Made by a program: the position numbers and the translations under genes. Positions 59,538 through 64,000 of a stretch of DNA of 64,000 nt are shown here, piece after piece. Source of the DNA: Candidatus Obscuribacterales bacterium. Lineage in GTDB: Bacteria > Cyanobacteriota > Vampirovibrionia > Obscuribacterales > Obscuribacteraceae. The number at the start of each line of letters is the position of its first letter. Position 1 is the first letter of the stretch. The notes under the pieces were generated by a model. It was given only the letters and a program-made list of their open reading frames with translations. It made no database searches and was not told the DNA's origin. The stretch lies in assembly GCA_965228855.1 (NCBI GenBank), contig CBDDIJ010000003.1:2560001-2624000 (forward strand), in the 5' to 3' direction.

Positions 59538-60917
59538 TTAGAGTTCGATATCCCGGTGTTTGAACTGGCGCGCGTTCTCACCGCTGTAGTCCTCGACAAC
59601 ATGCCCTTTACCGGCCAGCTTGTACTTGTAGGTTACAAGACCTTCCAAGCCGACTGGACCACGCGGATGCATCTTGTTGGTGCTGATACCGACTTCCGCT
59701 CCGAACCCATAGCGAAAACCGTCCGCGAATCGTGTCGATACATTCCAATAGACGCCGGCCGAGTTTACCGCTTTGAAAAAGGCTTCGTAGGTGGCCGGCT
59801 CAGCAGTGACGATGGTGTCGGTATGGTTTGAACCATACTGATTTATGTGATCGATAGCTTCCTCGATTGAATCGACCACCTTAACAGCAAGAATCAAATC
59901 GCTGAACTCAGTCGTCCAATCTTCACTCGTCGAACGAACCAGCAGCGGAAACTTTTTGCTCTCCGAGCCGGTTTCCGGAGCCCCTGGCTCTGACTCGATG
60001 ATCTCAAACGCACGATTATCAGCGCGCAGTTCAACGCCTTTTGCAAAGAGCGCCCGGGCAACCTTCGGCAGATAGGCACCAGCAATGGTGCCATGCACCA
60101 ACAGAGTTTCAATAGCATTGCAGGCGGCAGGATACTGAACTTTGGCATCAACAGCCAGCTTCACAGCCATATCAATGTCCGCATCCTCATGCACATAGAG
60201 TGCGCACAATCCTTCAGCATGACCTAACACCGGAATGCGCGTATTGTCTTGCACATAGCGAACAAGTTGATTAGAACCACGTGGAATAATCAAATCGACC
60301 AGACCATCAGCCTTGAGAATAGACTCTATTTCCTCTCGTTTATGAAGGAGGACGAGTGATTGCGAGGGCAAACCCTTTTCACCAAGAGCCTGTTGCAAAC
60401 ACTCGAAGAGAACAGTTAATGTGAAACGAGCTTCTTTACCGCCTTTCAGTATCGCCACGTTGCCCGAGCGGATAGCAAGCGATGCGATTTGTGGCAAGAC
60501 ATCAGGTCGCGATTCGAATATAACTGCGATCACACCAATCGGTGACGTAACTCTGTACAGCTTCAGTCCATCGTCGAGCTCACGAGCCAGCGAAATCGCC
60601 CCGACCGGATCGGGCAGTGTCGATACTTGCCTTACACCCTCGACTATCGTCTTCAGTTTATTCTCATCGAGTTTTAACCGATCATACATACTTCGGCTTA
60701 TTTCGCCGGTTTCCAGCAGTTTCGCGGCCCGCTGCATATCGTGTTTGTTTGCAGACAAAATCTCGTCCACCCGCCGGTCTATAAAGAATGCCATCCTTTC
60801 GATCACTTCTTGCCGCTGCGCTGGCGAGAGCGATGCTAGTGCCGTTGAGGCTCTCTTCGCTGCAGTAAGGATTTCGAACAAAGGGGATTCTGCGGTCGAG
60901 GTCATGCTAATCTGCAC
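59538..60917 (-). CDS. proA: Gamma-glutamyl phosphate reductase
   Basis: FESRP, IPRG, ACNAIE, STRFADG, HPRGPVG. Confidence 0.97.
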   Translation of the reverse strand: MQISMTSTAESPLFEILTAAKRASTALASLSPAQRQEVIERMAFFIDRRVDEILSANKHDMQRAAKLLETGEISRSMYDRLKLDENKLKTIVEGVRQVSTLPDPVGAISLARELDDGLKLYRVTSPIGVIAVIFESRPDVLPQIASLAIRSGNVAILKGGKEARFTLTVLFECLQQALGEKGLPSQSLVLLHKREEIESILKADGLVDLIIPRGSNQLVRYVQDNTRIPVLGHAEGLCALYVHEDADIDMAVKLAVDAKVQYPAACNAIETLLVHGTIAGAYLPKVARALFAKGVELRADNRAFEIIESEPGAPETGSESKKFPLLVRSTSEDWTTEFSDLILAVKVVDSIEEAIDHINQYGSNHTDTIVTAEPATYEAFFKAVNSAGVYWNVSTRFADGFRYGFGAEVGISTNKMHPRGPVGLEGLVTYKYKLAGKGHVVEDYSGENARQFKHRDIEL

Positions 60918-60930
60918 CTTCTAAATTCGT

Positions 60931-62181
60931 TTATTCCTTCGCGAGAAACGCGATATTGTCTCGCGTAATCACCGCATCATAGTTTCGATCTTGAACAACA
61001 TTTGCGATCTCCTCCGACTTCTTGCCTGACAGGAGCCGCGTCTCGTCACTGCTGTAGTTTACTATACCTCTGGCAAACTCTTTACCGTGTTCGTCGATAA
61101 TGCTGACGACGTCGCCGCGTTTGAAAGCACCATTTACTTCTGTGATTCCGGCACCAAGTAGACTGGCTTTGCGTTTGACCAGAGCCTCCCTGGCACCATC
61201 GTTTACACTTACAGAGGCGTTCACGGTCGTGGCATAAGCAATCCAGCGTAGCTTTCCGCCCATCGCTTTCTTCGGTAGAAAAAGCGTTCCCAACTCTTCA
61301 CCGGCAAAGAGTCGCCCGATTACAGCCGGATTCTTGCCACCGGCGATAATGCAAGCACAACCCGCTTGAGTGGACACCTTGGCCGCTTCAAGTTTGGTCT
61401 TGATTCCGCCGCGTCCAACCCCTGAGCCAGTGGATTTTTTTTCAACCTTCTTATCGCTCGCTTTTTTCTTACCGTCACCGACATCCTCTGAGTCTTCCGG
61501 CTTCGCCTTGTTATCCTCAGCCATCAGTTCGATGACGTCGGTAACGAGAGGCACCAGCGTCGCGCTAGCATCGACTCTGGGGTCGGCGGTGTATAAACCC
61601 TCAACGTCAGTCAGAATCAGTAGAATCTCCGCATCCATTTTGCTTGCGACTAAAGCAGAAAGTTTGTCGTTGTCGCCAAAATTCACCTTGCGAGCCGGGT
61701 TCGCTGAAATCGCCTCAAGCTCGATTGTCGAGACGGTATCGTTCTCATTGATAATCGGCAAAACCTTCAAGCGCACCAGTTCCGAAATGGTGCTGCGCAG
61801 ATTCAAATAACGATTGCGATTCGAAAAATCATCTTCAGTCAACAAAATCTGAGCAGTCGTGATACCAAGTTTTTCAAAAGCGTCGGCATACATCGACATG
61901 AGCAAACCCTGACCGACCGCGGCACAAGCCTGCTTCAACGGTAATTCTTTAGGCCGTTTTTCCAGGTTCAATCTTTTGACGCCTAAACCGACCGCGCCTG
62001 ATGTAACTAATAAGACTTCCTTACCACCTTTAATCAGGTCCGCGATGCCCTCGACAAAGGAGTAGAATCGGCTCAATGCCACTCCCCCCTCTTCACGCAT
62101 GAGGACGGCGGTACCAAGTTTTACCACCACACGCTTTGCATCCTTAAGGACTTTCTGTCTTTCGACGTTTGCTTCAGCCAT
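60931..62181 (-). CDS. proB: Glutamate 5-kinase with PUA domain
   Basis: VVKLGT, AAVGQ, INENDTV, FGDNDKL. Confidence 0.97.
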   Translation of the reverse strand: MAEANVERQKVLKDAKRVVVKLGTAVLMREEGGVALSRFYSFVEGIADLIKGGKEVLLVTSGAVGLGVKRLNLEKRPKELPLKQACAAVGQGLLMSMYADAFEKLGITTAQILLTEDDFSNRNRYLNLRSTISELVRLKVLPIINENDTVSTIELEAISANPARKVNFGDNDKLSALVASKMDAEILLILTDVEGLYTADPRVDASATLVPLVTDVIELMAEDNKAKPEDSEDVGDGKKKASDKKVEKKSTGSGVGRGGIKTKLEAAKVSTQAGCACIIAGGKNPAVIGRLFAGEELGTLFLPKKAMGGKLRWIAYATTVNASVSVNDGAREALVKRKASLLGAGITEVNGAFKRGDVVSIIDEHGKEFARGIVNYSSDETRLLSGKKSEEIANVVQDRNYDAVITRDNIAFLAKE

Positions 62182-62191
62182 GGCTCAAATC

Positions 62192-64000
62192 TCACTCAGA
62201 TCGTTTCAACGTCGTTCGCAGTTCACTTGCATCAACTATTGGCTGTTTGCAAGTAAACTTCTCGCAAATGTAGACCGTCGGCTTACCGTTCTCGGCGGTC
62301 CGACCGCTGAGAAGCGGACTGGACAACTGTTTTATGTTTTCAGTACTTGTGACGAGAACAACTTTGTCAGGATCAAACTGTTCATAGATCGGAAATAGAA
62401 CTTCCGAATTGTCTTGCCCGCTTTCTGAAACAACCACCACTTCTTTAATGGGATGAAGATAGAAATCCAGCGCACAAAGACTGTTTGCGAATTCACTTGG
62501 TCCCTTCACCAGGTACTCACCGTACAGGCGCAAGATTGTGCGCGCGGACTCACGATACGATTCTTCGCCCGTTAATTTTTCCAGGCGCAGAAGATTGAGA
62601 AGCGCAACGGAAGCGCCTGAGGGAACAGAGCCGTCAAAGTGATTCTTCGGACGCACGATTAACTCTTCGTGTGTATCGCTCGTGTAGTACAGACCACCAC
62701 TCTCGTCGTCCCAGAAGTGAGCGAGCATATGATCGGTCAGCTTGATTGCGGTGGTGAACCAGCGAGGATCTTCATCGACCGAGGCCAGGTCGAGAAGCGC
62801 TTGAACAAAGTAAGAGTAATCGTCCAGATAACCCGGCAACTTGGCTTTGCCCTGCCCCCATGTCCGAAGCAATTCACCATCTTGAAACAGATTATTGAAA
62901 ATAAAGTTGGCGGCGGTTTTCGCTTCATCAAGATAGTCGGATTTTTTCGTCACCCGATATCCATCGACATAAGCTGAAATCATCAAGCTGTTCCAACTCG
63001 TCAAAACCTTTTCGTCACGCCCTGGTCTAATACGCTCAGCGCGCTTAGTAAGCAACTTTTCTCGCATCGGATTCAACTTCGCGTTGAATTCGTCGTACGT
63101 CATATTGTTTTCTTTTGCGAGTTCTTCCGGCGTTTTTTTATAATGGAGCGCACTGGTGCCATGCTCAAAATTACCAGTCGAGGTCACGCCGTAGAGCTCG
63201 CATAGCCAGTTGCCATCATCGTTACCAAGGACTTCTTTGATTTGTTCCGGAGTCCAGACGTAGAACTTCCCTTCCTCCCCTTCGCTATCTGCATCAAGGC
63301 TGGAATAGAAGGCACCATTATCGGTGCGCAATTCGGCGGATGTGAACTTCAGAATTCCTTCGGCTACATCCCTGAAGTATTGCCGCCCCGTGAGACTGTA
63401 AGCTTCAAAATAAGTGGAGCATAGCAAGGCATTGTCGTACAACATCTTCTCGAAGTGCGGAATCAACCATTGCCTGTCAACAGAGTAACGAGCGAATCCG
63501 CCGGCGAGATGGTCATGAATTCCGCCCATTGCCATGCGCTCAAGCGTGGTTTGCACAAGCTCCCGGCACTCGATTCGATCGCTGGATTTTGCTTCTTTCG
63601 TTCGTATCGAATAACGCATAGCCAGCATAAGACTGAATGTGTGCGGGAACTTAGGCGCGCCGCCAAATCCACCCCACTTCGCATCAAAACGCGATATCAA
63701 TCGCGTGATCGCACCGGATATGGTTTCCATGTTTAAAAACCGATCCGCTTTTTCGACCTCGGCACTCTCAGCTCCAACTCCGATTTCGAGCATTTTCAGA
63801 TGATGTGTGACGTCGGAGGCGCTCTCCAAAACTTCGTCTCGGCGCTCTTCCCAGGCTGAGCTTATCCCGAAAAGGATTTTCTTAAAAGACGGCATTCCAT
63901 GTTTATCCACAGGCGGAAAGTACGTCCCTGCAAAGAACGGTTTTAAATCCGGTGTTAGAAAAACGGTCATCGGCCAGCCCCCGTGACCGGTCATGAGCTG
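62192..64000 (-). CDS. YyaL/SPATA20-like thioredoxin-domain protein (5' part outside window)
   Basis: GGWPMTVFLTP, APKFP, PHFEKMLYDNA, LDADSEGEEG. Confidence 0.9.
   Translation of the reverse strand, partial: QLMTGHGGWPMTVFLTPDLKPFFAGTYFPPVDKHGMPSFKKILFGISSAWEERRDEVLESASDVTHHLKMLEIGVGAESAEVEKADRFLNMETISGAITRLISRFDAKWGGFGGAPKFPHTFSLMLAMRYSIRTKEAKSSDRIECRELVQTTLERMAMGGIHDHLAGGFARYSVDRQWLIPHFEKMLYDNALLCSTYFEAYSLTGRQYFRDVAEGILKFTSAELRTDNGAFYSSLDADSEGEEGKFYVWTPEQIKEVLGNDDGNWLCELYGVTSTGNFEHGTSALHYKKTPEELAKENNMTYDEFNAKLNPMREKLLTKRAERIRPGRDEKVLTSWNSLMISAYVDGYRVTKKSDYLDEAKTAANFIFNNLFQDGELLRTWGQGKAKLPGYLDDYSYFVQALLDLASVDEDPRWFTTAIKLTDHMLAHFWDDESGGLYYTSDTHEELIVRPKNHFDGSVPSGASVALLNLLRLEKLTGEESYRESARTILRLYGEYLVKGPSEFANSLCALDFYLHPIKEVVVVSESGQDNSEVLFPIYEQFDPDKVVLVTSTENIKQLSSPLLSGRTAENGKPTVYICEKFTCKQPIVDASELRTTLKRSE

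Overview
Bacterial chromosome segment, inferred from protein sequences and gene order to be a non-photosynthetic Cyanobacteriota (Melainabacteria/Vampirovibrionia-like). The right half is a near-complete S10-spc-alpha ribosomal superoperon (rpsJ to rplQ, including secY, adk, map, infA, rpmJ, rpsD and rpoA), interrupted by an XRE-HTH insert before truA-rplM-rpsI. It is followed by secreted and membrane genes, proB-proA and a partial YyaL-like gene. The left half contains a >1342-aa minus-strand ORF absent from the ORF track (Zn-ribbon, disordered region, 2 TMs, VirD4/TraD-like ATPase), a divergent 1009-aa disordered/coiled-coil protein, a GT-C glycosyltransferase, selA, rlmB and tRNA-Thr/Tyr/Thr-tuf. 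A 16.5-kb accessory block between tuf and rpsJ holds a giant beta-helical surface protein, two orphan histidine kinases, a Nudix hydrolase and a membrane-anchored Hsp70-SBD-like protein. No CRISPR array, rRNA, transposase or prophage was seen. All family calls come from motif recognition by eye, not from database searches.
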